NCBI GenBank assembly: GCA_032718475.1
Contig: JAUCBJ010007902.1
Coordinates: 1 to 45,196 of the forward strand
Length of the DNA: 45,196 bases
From: Nemertoderma westbladi
Lineage: Eukaryota; Animalia; Xenacoelomorpha
Direction of reading: 5' to 3'
Both the position numbers and the translations under genes were made by a program. This document shows, piece by piece, positions 12,300 through 23,313 of this stretch; positions within the stretch are counted from its first letter, which is position 1, and each line of letters opens with the position of its first letter. The notes beneath the pieces were generated by a model. The model worked only from the letters and a program-made list of their open reading frames with translations, had not been told where the DNA came from and did not search any database.

Positions 12300-13720
12300 C
12301 AGACCATTATACAGCTAAACAGACCATTATTGAATGTTTGCAACCGGATGTTAAAAGGGGAAAAGCCACCACCAATTTGGACTAAAGGTCAACTAAAGCC
12401 TCTCCCCAAGAAAGGAGACCTCGGCATACCAACAAACTATCGTGGGATCTGTCTGCTTGTGGTAGCTGCCAAAATATACAATAAAATGATTCTATATAGG
12501 ATTAGGCCTCACATAGAGAAACTACTGCGTAAGAGCCAAAACGGATTTCGACCAAGTAGATCAACAATAGCTCAGATACTTGCACTACGGAGACTGATTG
12601 AAGGAATTAAGTCAAAGAATCTCCCCGCAGTCATGACTTTTGTGGACTTCAAGAAAGCATTCGACTCCATCCATAGAGGTAAAATGCTTGAAATCCTAAG
12701 AGCTTATGGAATACCAGAAGTAATTGTTGCTGGCATTGGATTGTTATATTGTGACACAGAAGCGCAGGTACTCTCACCATATGATGAAACTGAGTTTTTC
12801 TCAATCCTGGCTGGCGTACTGCAAGGTGACACATTAGTACCATTACTATTTGTAATTGTGCTGGATTACGCAATGAGGACGGCCACAAAGGGTGAAGATC
12901 TGGGATTCACACTTCAAGAACGCAGAAGTAGTAGATATCCGGCAACTACAGTCACAGACACCGACTTTGCGGATGACATCGCCCTGCTCTCTAATACGCT
13001 AGCAGATGCACAGCTTCTACTAAATAAAGTGGAGAGGGCTGCTAAGGAGGTTGGATTGCATATAAATGCTACCAAGACCGAATTCATGACCTTTAATGTT
13101 GATGGATACTTGACAACCATTGATAATAATCAACTAAGGAAGGTCGATGACTTCCAGTACCTTGGATCATGGATAGAGAGTAGCAAAAAGGACATAGAAG
13201 TTAGGAAAGCAAAGGCTTGGGTAGCTCTATCAAAAATGGATACCATCTGGAAATCAGATCTCTCCAGGCACCTGAAGACTAAGTTCTTTCGAGCCACAGT
13301 GGAAAGTGTATTTTTATATGGGGGTGAGACCTGGACACTGACTAAATCACTTGAACAACGAATTGATGATTGCTACACAAGACTACTAAGGGCAGCCCTA
13401 AACATCAGCTGGAGACAACACATGACAAACGCCGAGCTTTATGGTACAATACCACCTGTATCAACCACCCTCCGTGAACGCAGATTAAGATTCAGTGGGC
13501 ACTGCTGGCGAAGTAAAGACGAGGTCATACCAGATCTACTTCTCTGGCAACCAACTCATGGAAAGCGTAGTCGTGGACGACCGGCCATAACATATATAGA
13601 TCAACTTGAAAGGGATACTGAACTTGGGAGAAACGAAATTGCGACAACTATGGAGAATCGGGAAGCCTGGAAGGATCTCATTTCCACTGTCCGAGTTCGC
13701 TCGACCTAGTAGTAGTAGTA
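12300..13720 (+). mobile_element. 5'-truncated RTE-clade non-LTR retrotransposon (RT domain and C-terminus)
   Basis: Open frame to 13709 with RT motifs LPKKGD, NYRGI, QNGFR, FVDFKKAFDS, GVLQGDTL, FADD, FQYLGS and the RTE-type C-terminus GHCWR...HGKRSRGRP..TYIDQL. (TAG)n tail follows the stop directly; TSD GGTTGAGTTTA at 12289-12299 and 13721-13731. No endonuclease domain present. Confidence 0.93.
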
Positions 13721-14161
13721 GGTTGAGTTTAATTGAGTATTCTGACTGAGTGGTTGAGTTTGGTTGAGTATTCTGACTGAGTGGTTGAGTTTGGTTGAGT
13801 ATTCTGACTGAGTGGTTGAGTTTGATTGAGTATTCTTACTGAGTGGTTGAGTTTGGTAGAGTATTCTTACTGAGTGGTTGAGTTTGGTTGAGTATTCTTA
13901 CTGAGTGGTTGAGTTTGGTTCAGTATTCTTACTGAGTGGTTGAGTTTGGTTGAGTATTCTTACTGAGTGGTTGAGTTTGGTTGAGTATTCTTACTGAGTG
14001 GTTGAGTTTGGTTGAGTATTCTGACTGCGTGGTTGAGTTTGGTTGAGTATTCTGACTGAGTGGTTGAGTTTGGTTGAGTATTCTGACTGAGTGGTTGAGT
14101 TTGGTTGAGTATTCTGACTGAGTGGTTGAGTTTGGTTGAGTATTCTGACTGAGTGGTTGAG
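13721..14161. repeat. 31-bp satellite, right arm
   Basis: Same unit as 12027-12298, resuming after the RTE tail. Confidence 0.95.
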
Positions 14162-14396
14162 CTATAGAAGAGTTGGAAACATTTTTATTGGCACTCGCTT
14201 CGTTGGTGCTAGAATGCATACGACTGGAAAACTCAACACACCAGGACAGAATTCCTGAATTTCGCTAAAGAAAATGAGTGTGAGAGAATGTTTTCCGTTA
14301 CTTTTTTTACATCTTTCTATTTCGTCGTTATATTTATCCGCCATCCACTATGTGGTGAGATCAATAAAACCTTACACTTCGTATATTATCATAGTA

Positions 14397-17300
14397 GAAA
14401 TCATACTGCACCGGGTTAATAAATAATAGCCGGGTTGCTGGAAATCATACTGCACCGGGTTAATAAATAATCGCCGGGTTGCTGGAAATCATACTGCACC
14501 GGGGTAATAAATAATAGCCGGATTGTTGGAAATCATACTGCACCGGGGTAATAAATAATCGCCGGGTTGCTGGAAATCATACTACACCGGGTTAATAAAT
14601 AATCACCGGGTTGCTGGAAATCATACTGCACAGGGGTATTAAATAATAGCCGGGTTCGTGGAAATCATACTGCACCGGGTATATAAATAATCGCTGTGTT
14701 GCTGGAAATCATACTGCACCGGGGTAATAAATAATAGCCGGGTTGGTGGAAATCATACTGCACCGGGGTAATAAATAATAGCCGGGTTGCTGGAAATCAT
14801 ACTGCACCGGGTTAATAAATAATCGCCGGGTTGCTGGAAATCATACTGCACCGGGGTAATAAATAATAGCCGGGTTGGTGGAAATCATACTGCACCGGGT
14901 ATATAAATAATCGCCTTGTTGCTGGAAATCATACTGCACCGGGGTAATAAATAATAGCCGGGTTGGTGGAAATCATACTGCACCGGGGTAATAAATAATA
15001 GCCGGATTGTTGGAAATCATACTGCACCGGGGTAATAAATAATAGCCGGGTTGGTGGAAATCATACTGCACCGGGGTAATAAATAATAGCCGGGTTGCTG
15101 GAAATCATACTGCACCGGGTTAATAAATAATCGCCGGGTTGGTGGAAATCATACTGCACCGGCGTAATAAATAATAGCCGGGTTGGTGGAAATCATACTG
15201 CACCGGGGTATTAAATAATAGCCGGGTTGGTGGAAATCATACTGCACCGGGGTAATAAATAATAGCCGGGTTGCTGGAAATCATACTGCACCGGGGTAAT
15301 AAATAATAGCCGGGTTGCTGGAAATCATACTGCACCGGGGTAATAAATAATAGCCGGGTTGGTGGAAATCATACTACACCGGCGTAATAAATAATAGCCG
15401 GGTTGGTGGAAATCATACTGCACCGGGGTATTAAATAATAGCCGGGTTGGTGGAAATCATACTGCACCGGGGTAATAAATAATAGCCGGGTTGCTGGAAA
15501 TCATACTGCACCGGGGTAATAAATAATAGCCGGGTTGGTGGAAATCATACTGCACCGGCGTAATAAATAATAGCCGGGTTGCTGGAAATCATACTGCACC
15601 GGGGTATTAAATAATAGCCGGGTTGGTGGAAATCATACTGCACCGGGGTAATAAATAATAGCCGGGTTGCTGGAAATCATACTGCACCGGGTTAATAAAT
15701 AATCGCCGGGTTGCTGGAAATCATACTGCACCGGGGTAATAAATAATAGCCGGGTTGGTGGAAATCATACTGCACCGGGTATATAAATAATCGCCTTGTT
15801 GCTGGAAATCATACTGCACCGGGGTAATAAATAATAGCCGGGTTGGTGGAAATCATACTGCACCGGGGTAATAAATAATAGCCGGGTTGCTGGAAATCAT
15901 ACTGCACCGGGTTAATAAATAATCGCCGGGTTGGTGGAAATCATACTGCACCGGCGTAATAAATAATAGCCGGGTTGGTGGAAATCATACTGCACCGGGG
16001 TATTAAATAATAGCCGGGTTGGTGGAAATCATACTGCACCGGGGTAATAAATAATAGCCGGGTTGCTGGAAATCATACTGCACCGGGGTAATAAATAATA
16101 GCCGGGTTGCTGGAAATCATACTGCACCGGGGTAATAAATAATAGCCGGGTTGGTGGAAATCATACTGCACCGGCGTAATAAATAATAGCCGGGTTGGTG
16201 GAAATCATACTGCACCGGGGTATTAAATAATAGCCGGGTTGGTGGAAATCATACTGCACCGGGGTAATAAATAATAGCCGGGTTGCTGGAAATCATACTG
16301 CACCGGGTTAATAAATAATCGCCGGGTTGCTGGAAATCATACTGCACCGGCGTAATAAATAATAGCCGGGTTGGTGGAAATCATACTGCACCGGGGTATT
16401 AAATAATAGCCGGGTTGGTGGAAATCATACTGCACCGGGGTAATAAATAATAGCCGGGTTGCTGGAAATCATACTGCACCGGGTTAATAAATAATCGCCG
16501 GGTTGCTGGAAATCATACTGCACCGGGGTAATAAATAATAGCCGGGTTGGTGGAAATCATACTGCACCGGGTATATAAATAATCGCCTTGTTGCTGGAAA
16601 TCATACTGCACCGGGGTAATAAATAATAGCCGGGTTGGTGGAAATCATACTGCACCGGGGTAATAAATAATAGCCGGATTGTTGGAAATCATACTGCACC
16701 GGGGTAATAAATAATAGCCGGGTTGGTGGAAATCATACTGCACCGGGGTAATAAATAATAGCCGGGTTGCTGGAAATCATACTGCACCGGGTTAATAAAT
16801 AATCGCCGGGTTGGTGGAAATCATACTGCACCGGCGTAATAAATAATAGCCGGGTTGGTGGAAATCATACTGCACCGGGGTATTAAATAATAGCCGGGTT
16901 GGTGGAAATCATACTGCACCGGGGTAATAAATAATAGCCGGGTTGCTGGAAATCATACTGCACCGGGGTAATAAATAATAGCCGGGTTGGTGGAAATCAT
17001 ACTGCACCGGGGTAATAAATAATAGCCGGGTTGGTGGAAATCATACTGCACCGGGGTAATAAATAATAGCCGGGTTGCTGGAAATCATACTGCACCGGGT
17101 TAATAAATAATCGCCGGGTTGCTGGGAATCATACTGCACCGGGGTAATAAATAATAGCCGGATTGTTGGAAATCATACTGCACCGGGGTATTAAATAATA
17201 GCCGGGTTGGTGGAAATCATACTACACCGGGTTAATAAATAATCACCGGGTTGCTGGAAATCATACTGCACAGGGGTATTAAATAATAGCCGGGTTTCTG

Positions 17301-19185
17301 GAAATCATACTACACCGGGTTAATAAATAATCACCGGGTTGCTGGAAATCATACTGCACAGGGGTATTAAATAATAGCCGGGTTCGTGGAAATCATACTG
17401 CACCGGGGTAATAAATAATAGCCGGGTTGGTGGAAATCATACTGCACCGGGGTAATAAATAATAGCCGGGTTGGTGGAAATCATACTGCACCGGGGTAAT
17501 AAATAATAGCCGGGTTGCTGGAAATCATACTGCACCGGGTTAATAAATAATCGCCGGGTTGCTGGAAATCATACTGCACCGGGGTAATAAATAATAGCCG
17601 GGTTGCTGGAAATCATACTGCACCGGGGTAATAAATAATAGCCGGGTTGGTGGAAATCATACTACACCGGATTAATAAATAATCACCGGGTTGCTGGAAA
17701 TCATACTGCACAGGGGTATTAAATAATAGCCGGGTTCGTGGAAATCATACTGCACCGGGTATATAAATAATCGCCGTGTTGCTGGAAATCATACTGCACC
17801 GGGGTAATAAATAATAGCCGGGTTGGTGGAAATCATACTGCACCGGGGTAATAAATAATAGCCGGGTTGCTGGAAATCATACTGCACCGGGTTAATAAAT
17901 AATCGCCGGGTTGCTGGAAATCATACTGCACCGGGGTAATAAATAATAGCCGGATTGTTGGAAATCATACTGCACCGGGGTATTAAATAATAGCAGGGTT
18001 GGTGGAAATCATACTACACCGGGTTAATAAATAATCGCCGGGTTGCTGGAAATCATACTGCACAGGGGTATTAAATAATAGCCGGGTTCGTGGAAATCAT
18101 ACTGCACCGGGTATATAAATAATCGCCGTGTTGCTGGAAATCATACTGCACCGGGGTAATAAATAATAGCCGGGTTGGTGGAAATCATACTGCACCGGGG
18201 TAATAAATAATAGCCGGGTTGGTGGAAATCATACTACACCGGGTTAATAAATAATCGCCGGGTTGCTGGAAATCATACTGCACAGGGGTATTAAATAATA
18301 GCCGGGTTCGTGGAAATCATACTGCACCGGGTATATAAATAATCGCCTTGTTGCTGGAAATCATACTGCACCGGGGTAATAAATAATAGCCGGGTTGGTG
18401 GAAATCATACTGCACCGGGGTTTTAAATAATAGCCGGGTTCGTGGAAATCATACTACACCGGGTTAATAAATAATCGCCGGGTTGCTGGAAATCATACTG
18501 CACAGGGGTATTAAATAATAGCCGGGTTCGTGGAAATCATACTGCACCGGGTTTATAAATAATCACCTTGTTGCTGGAAATCATACTGCACCGGGGTAAT
18601 AAATAATAGCCGGGTTGGTGGAAATAATACTGCACCGGGGTAATAAATAATAGCCGGGTTGGTGGAAATCATACTGCACCGGGGTAATAAATAATAGCCG
18701 GGTTCGTGGAAATCATACTGCACCGGGGTAATAAACAATAGCCGGGTTGGTGGAAATCATACTGCACCGGGTTTATAAATAATCGCCTTGTTGCTGGAAA
18801 TCATACTGCACCGGGGTAATAAATAATAGCCGGGTTCGTGGAAATCATACTACACCGGGTTAATAAATAATCGCCGGGTTGCTGGAAATCATACTGCACC
18901 GGGGTAATAAATAATAGCCGGGTTGGTGGAAATCATACTGCACCGGGGTTTTAAATAATAGCCGGGTTCGTGGAAATCATACTGCACCGGGGTAATAAAC
19001 AATAGCCGGGTTCGTTGAAATCATACTACACCGGGGAAATAATTAATCGCCGGGTTGGTGGAAATCATACTGCACCGGGTTAATAAATAATCGCCGGGTT
19101 GCTGGAAATCATACTGCACCGGGGTAATAGTTAATCGCCGGGTTGGTGGAAATCATACTGCACCGGGGTAATAAATAATGGCCGG
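14397..19185. repeat. 44-bp satellite (~109 units) TGGAAATCATACTGCACCGGGGTAATAAATAATAGCCGGGTTGC
   Basis: Period checked directly (ACTGCA at 15241 and 15285); variant units recur in similar order, suggesting higher-order repeats. Confidence 0.97.
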
Positions 19186-20251
19186 TGATAAACAACCGCG
19201 ACCTCTATACTAACAGCAGAACTGTTGAACAGACCAATACCCGTTAATATCCTTCTGTCAACCTAATGAGCTCTCGCCTAACCAATAAGACACAAAGACT
19301 GCTCTACTGTTAAGTAAAGGGGATCAGGAGCGTGCTATTACTAAATTGTAAGGGTTGCTAAATACAGAACCGCTACTTACCGTTAGATGGCGCTAATCTG
19401 CCGTCCACTAATATATTTTACTAATTTTACACAACTCCTGCAAAATCGCTTGTTCCTTTCTCTACCGATCGCTCGATAGAGAGCTAACTGTTCGAATCTA
19501 TGAGCCACGCGGGAATAACCAAAACAATAAACCCGAGTCGGCTCCCTAAGCTTACTTAAGACGAGTGCGAGAGGCCTTGCACTCAGAGTATTCTTACGCC
19601 TAATTTTATCACTATTAAAGCACGCTATTACCTACGTCTTTCTAATCGCGAATACTGGAGGTTCCCTAACGTAATGTGTGAATGCGAGAATATTTAAAAT
19701 ATCAAAATGGTACAGTATCTGTTTCTACGTGGGTAATACCACCCGAGTCTAAAACTGCCCGCGACTGGCTTTAGGCCAGCAAAATTACTAGCGTATCGTG
19801 CGTACCGAATAGTGCGTTCTAGCTGATTGCCCGCTAATGCAAATAACCGCTCAGCGTGAATAGTTTACAGTACACTAATTATTACCTTAGCTACTCTCCG
19901 CTATGCTGCGTACTAATTCTTAATTTTTACTAATTAGTTACAGTCACAAATATTTAACAGCGTACTAATTACTAAGAGTTCCAGAATACGTAATTCTAAT
20001 TTATCACGCAACAGGTTTCGCTAGTAATAGCCTAATTTGCCGTATTACTTTGACCTAATCAATAACTAATTATTGTAACTAAGAAATAGAAATCAATCAA
20101 AGGAAAAGAGCGCCTATCTAAGCATTCGTAATCTTAGGCACACTTCAATAACACACCAATCAGCGTTAGAAATCACAGTTTACAATTATGCAATTCACTA
20201 CTCGTACTCCACACTCAACGTTGTAATACGCGCAGGCCTCTCCCGGGTACA

Positions 20252-20329
20252 TCTAGGATTCCTAACTAACCCAATTCCTGCCCCCCTAATACTAAATAGA
20301 GACAAAACCTGGATCATCAGCCCCCTAGA
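20252..20329 (-). ncRNA. Candidate long G-U-rich hairpin (pre-miRNA-like) in LTR-like copy 1
   Basis: On the minus strand CUGAUGAUCCAGGUUUUGUCUCU pairs with GGGGGCAGGAAUUGGGUUAGUUAG through many G-U wobbles, closed by UCUAGG/CCUAGA; arms are identical in copy 2. Confidence 0.45.
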
Positions 20330-20820
20330 TACTGTTCCGGCGATCGGTCTGCGTGCCGCAGTGCAAGTTACCCGCCCGCAACGGTGACTCTGGCCAGCGT
20401 TGCCCGCTTTGAATCCTCCGCTCTCTCCTAGTCGCTCAACCCCCCGATGCGCCCACCGCCCACTGGCACCTTAGCCCTCCATGATGCTAATAGCTACCGT
20501 AGCGGCGCATGCAAATCACAAAGTCTGACAGTCTCAGGAATCCCTTAGGATTATTGCGCAGAAAAGAATCACATAGAACCATTAATCAAAAGGTAGAAAT
20601 CATAGTTCAGTTGTAATTAGCAGTAATCGAAGGAATTAATTGAGAAACACAATCAAAGATAATCGCACTAGCAAAGCATTTCAAGAAATTAATCAAATTT
20701 AGTAAATTGCAGAAAATACGCTAAAAATTGAATAGAGACAGCTCAGCAAGTACAAGGTGATAGCAGATCATGTGAGGTGATCATGTGAACAGTAACAGAT
20801 TGGGCTCTACCGGCACACCG

Positions 20821-20979
20821 CCAATTTATAGGTGATCCGATGGGTGATGCAATAGGGTGACTCAATCGCTCTCCTATTGGCTCTCCAGTCCATGCTAGCA
20901 TTAAACCAACCTGGAAGCAGTTAATCCAATAAGGAGACCGGATTGTAGCCCTATGCCCTCAAATTATTACCATATATGG
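20821..20979 (-). promoter_or_regulatory. Pol II promoter (U3-like) of copy 1: TATA, C/EBP-ATF site, CCAAT boxes, CArG box
   Basis: Minus-strand CTATAAA at 20825-20831; TGATGCAAT 20845-20853; ATTGG 20876-20880; CCAAT 20926-20930; CCATATATGG 20970-20979. All have counterparts in the same order in copy 2. Confidence 0.65.
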
Positions 20980-21445
20980 TAATGGATCACGTCTCTGGCT
21001 GCTGAATGGCCAGGACAGCGTCCCTATATGCTAGCCCTATCAAACTAATATCAGCAAGCACAGAATCCAGGGTCCGAATAAACTTGCTACCCTGGGACTA
21101 TCTACATATCCTAATACAAAATTACGTAGGTAGGGCTACATACTATACAAAATGAATGGATGCAAAATATATGGGCGTTTTAACTTCCTTACCTAAATAC
21201 CACTGCGTTATTATGCCTTATCTAAAATATCATGCTGCACAACGGACTAATATTACATACAGTATAACGGACTAATATTGCATACTGCATGATGACTAAT
21301 ATTCATGCAATATTGTTAGATGTCGGTATTGTACATCGATTAATATTAAGTTGTAGGATATTTAGTGTTGTCTTTCACCTATTAGTGTTAATTTTTAACC
21401 TTGGTGATTTTCTCCCTCTATTAATAATTGTATAATATATGAGGT

Positions 21446-21447
<2 letters not shown>

Positions 21448-21479
<32 letters not shown>
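21448..21479. repeat. (TAA)n microsatellite
   Basis: About 10 TAA units immediately left of the copy-2 TSD. Confidence 0.9.
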
Positions 21480-21480
<1 letters not shown>

Positions 21481-22569
21481 CTACTGTACGCAGTACAGCA
21501 AAACAAAACGTCCTTTACTGTTAAACGAACTACCCCAGCCTAACCAATAAAGACACAAAACTGCTCTATTTACTAGACGGGGCAATCAGGAGCGTATAAT
21601 TACTAATGTAGGGTTGCAGGTACAGAAAACCACTACTTACCATTGGATGGCGCTAATCTGCCGTCCGCTAATATATTTTACTAAATTTCTACGGCTCCTA
21701 CTAAATTCTCGTTCCTTTCTCTACCAATTACTCGATAGAGAGCTAACTGTTCGAATATATGAGCCACGCTGGAATAACCAAAACAATAAACCCGAATCGG
21801 CTCCCTAAGCTGACTTAAAACGAGTGTGAGAGATTTGACACTCAGAGTATATTCTATAGCCTAATCTTACTGTAAAATTGCGCTTACAACTACGTCCTTT
21901 CTAATCGCATCTAATCGCAATACTGGGGTTCCCTAACGGAATGTGTGAATGTGAGAATATTTAAATAATCAAAAATCGGTACAGTAATTATTTCGGGACT
22001 CAAACTTATCTGCGGCTGGCTTTAGGCCAGCAATTTACTGATGCGCGTTGCGTACTGTATACTACGATGTGAATTTTGTCCGCTAATTCAAATAACCGCC
22101 CAGCGTGAATAGTGTACGGTACTCTAAAATTATTACCTTAACTACCCTCCGCTATGCAGCGTACAAATTCTTAATTTTACTAATTAATTACAGTCACAAA
22201 TATGTAACGGCGTACTAATTACTAAGTATTCCAGAGTGCGTAATTCTAAATTATTACGCAACGGGTCACACTAGCAACAGCCTAAAATACCGTATTATTT
22301 TCGACCTAATCAGAAATTAATTACAGTAAACTAAGAAATAGAAATCAATCAAAGGGAAAAGAGCGTCTATCCAAGCATTCGTGATTTATTAGGCACACTT
22401 TAGTGATACACCAATCAGCATAACAATCCATAGTTTATACTTACCAATTTAATTCTTAATGCACAATTCACAATCAGCAGTCAAACAACAATCGCAATCT
22501 ACAGTTGAGCTAGCAATTCACAACTCGCAATTCGCAACGTAAAGGACGCAGATCTCTCCCAGCTACGTC

Positions 22570-22646
22570 TAGGCTTCCTAACTAACCCAATTCCTGCCCC
22601 CCTAATACTACAAAAATAGAGACAAAACCTGGATCATCAGCCCCTA
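22570..22646 (-). ncRNA. Candidate long G-U-rich hairpin (pre-miRNA-like) in LTR-like copy 2
   Basis: Arms identical to 20262-20320; within the hairpin only the loop differs (4-nt insertion). Confidence 0.45.
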
Positions 22647-23155
22647 ATTACTGCACCGGCGTACCTGATCCACTCTACGCTTCAAACTTGCGCGCGCAAT
22701 AGTAATCCCCCCAATGTTGCTTGTCTTTGAATCCTCCGCACTCCCGTCGTCGCTAACCCCCCAATGCGCCCGCCGCGCTTACCGGTACCCTAGCCCTCCA
22801 TCAGAATGAGTAGCTACCGTAGCGGCACATGCAAATCACAAAAGTCTGACAGTCTAAGAAATCCCGTAGGATTATTGTCGAAAGGAATCACATAGAACCA
22901 TTTACTAAGGGGTAGAAATCATAGTTCCAATTTGTAATTAACAGCGATCATTGAGATTGATTGAGAAACACAAATAAGAATCAAACAGAAATTGCAAATT
23001 AACGAATCATTGCAAGAAAATCAAAAGGGCAGTAATTTACACAGAAAAACTAAGCATCGAATAATAGTTGAAGGTGAGCTGTGTGGGGTGTGGTGGATGA
23101 CTAAGGATGTGTGTAAGTGGAATGTAGAATTGAGATAGGTAACAATGGAAGTAGG

Positions 23156-23313
23156 CCAATTTATAGGTGATTTGAGAAGGGTGATGCAATCGATCTCTCA
23201 TTGGCTCCCCAAACCGAGCTAACATTAGACCAACCTGGAAGCAGTTAAGCCAATAAGAGAGCCGGATTGTGAACCTATTGTTCCCTGAAATCGTAAATTG
23301 CCACCATAAAAGG
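23156..23313 (-). promoter_or_regulatory. Pol II promoter (U3-like) of copy 2
   Basis: CTATAAA (minus) 23160-23166; TGATGCAAT 23182-23190; ATTGG 23200-23204; CCAAT 23250-23254; CArG CCATAAAAGG 23304-23313. Confidence 0.65.

Larger units (their letters stand above)
19186..21334 (-). mobile_element. Solo-LTR-like non-coding element, copy 1 (~2.1 kb; right boundary uncertain)
   Basis: Collinear homology with 21485-23725 along its length (e.g. GCCTAACCAATAA, GATGGCGCTAATCTGCCGTCC, CTGGCTTTAGGCCAGC, GCCAATTTATAGGTGA). Starts with TG at 19186 next to the 44-bp satellite; no TSD found. Confidence 0.65.

Noticed and set aside
14162-14344. 60-aa minus-strand ORF or missing neurexin EGF exon
   Set aside because: No recognisable domain and no EGF cysteine pattern.
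20300-20330. Hammerhead ribozyme, C/D snoRNA or SECIS suggested by minus-strand CUGAUGA
   Set aside because: No GAAA after a stem II, no suitably placed box D, no apical AA; the motif is buried in the long stem.
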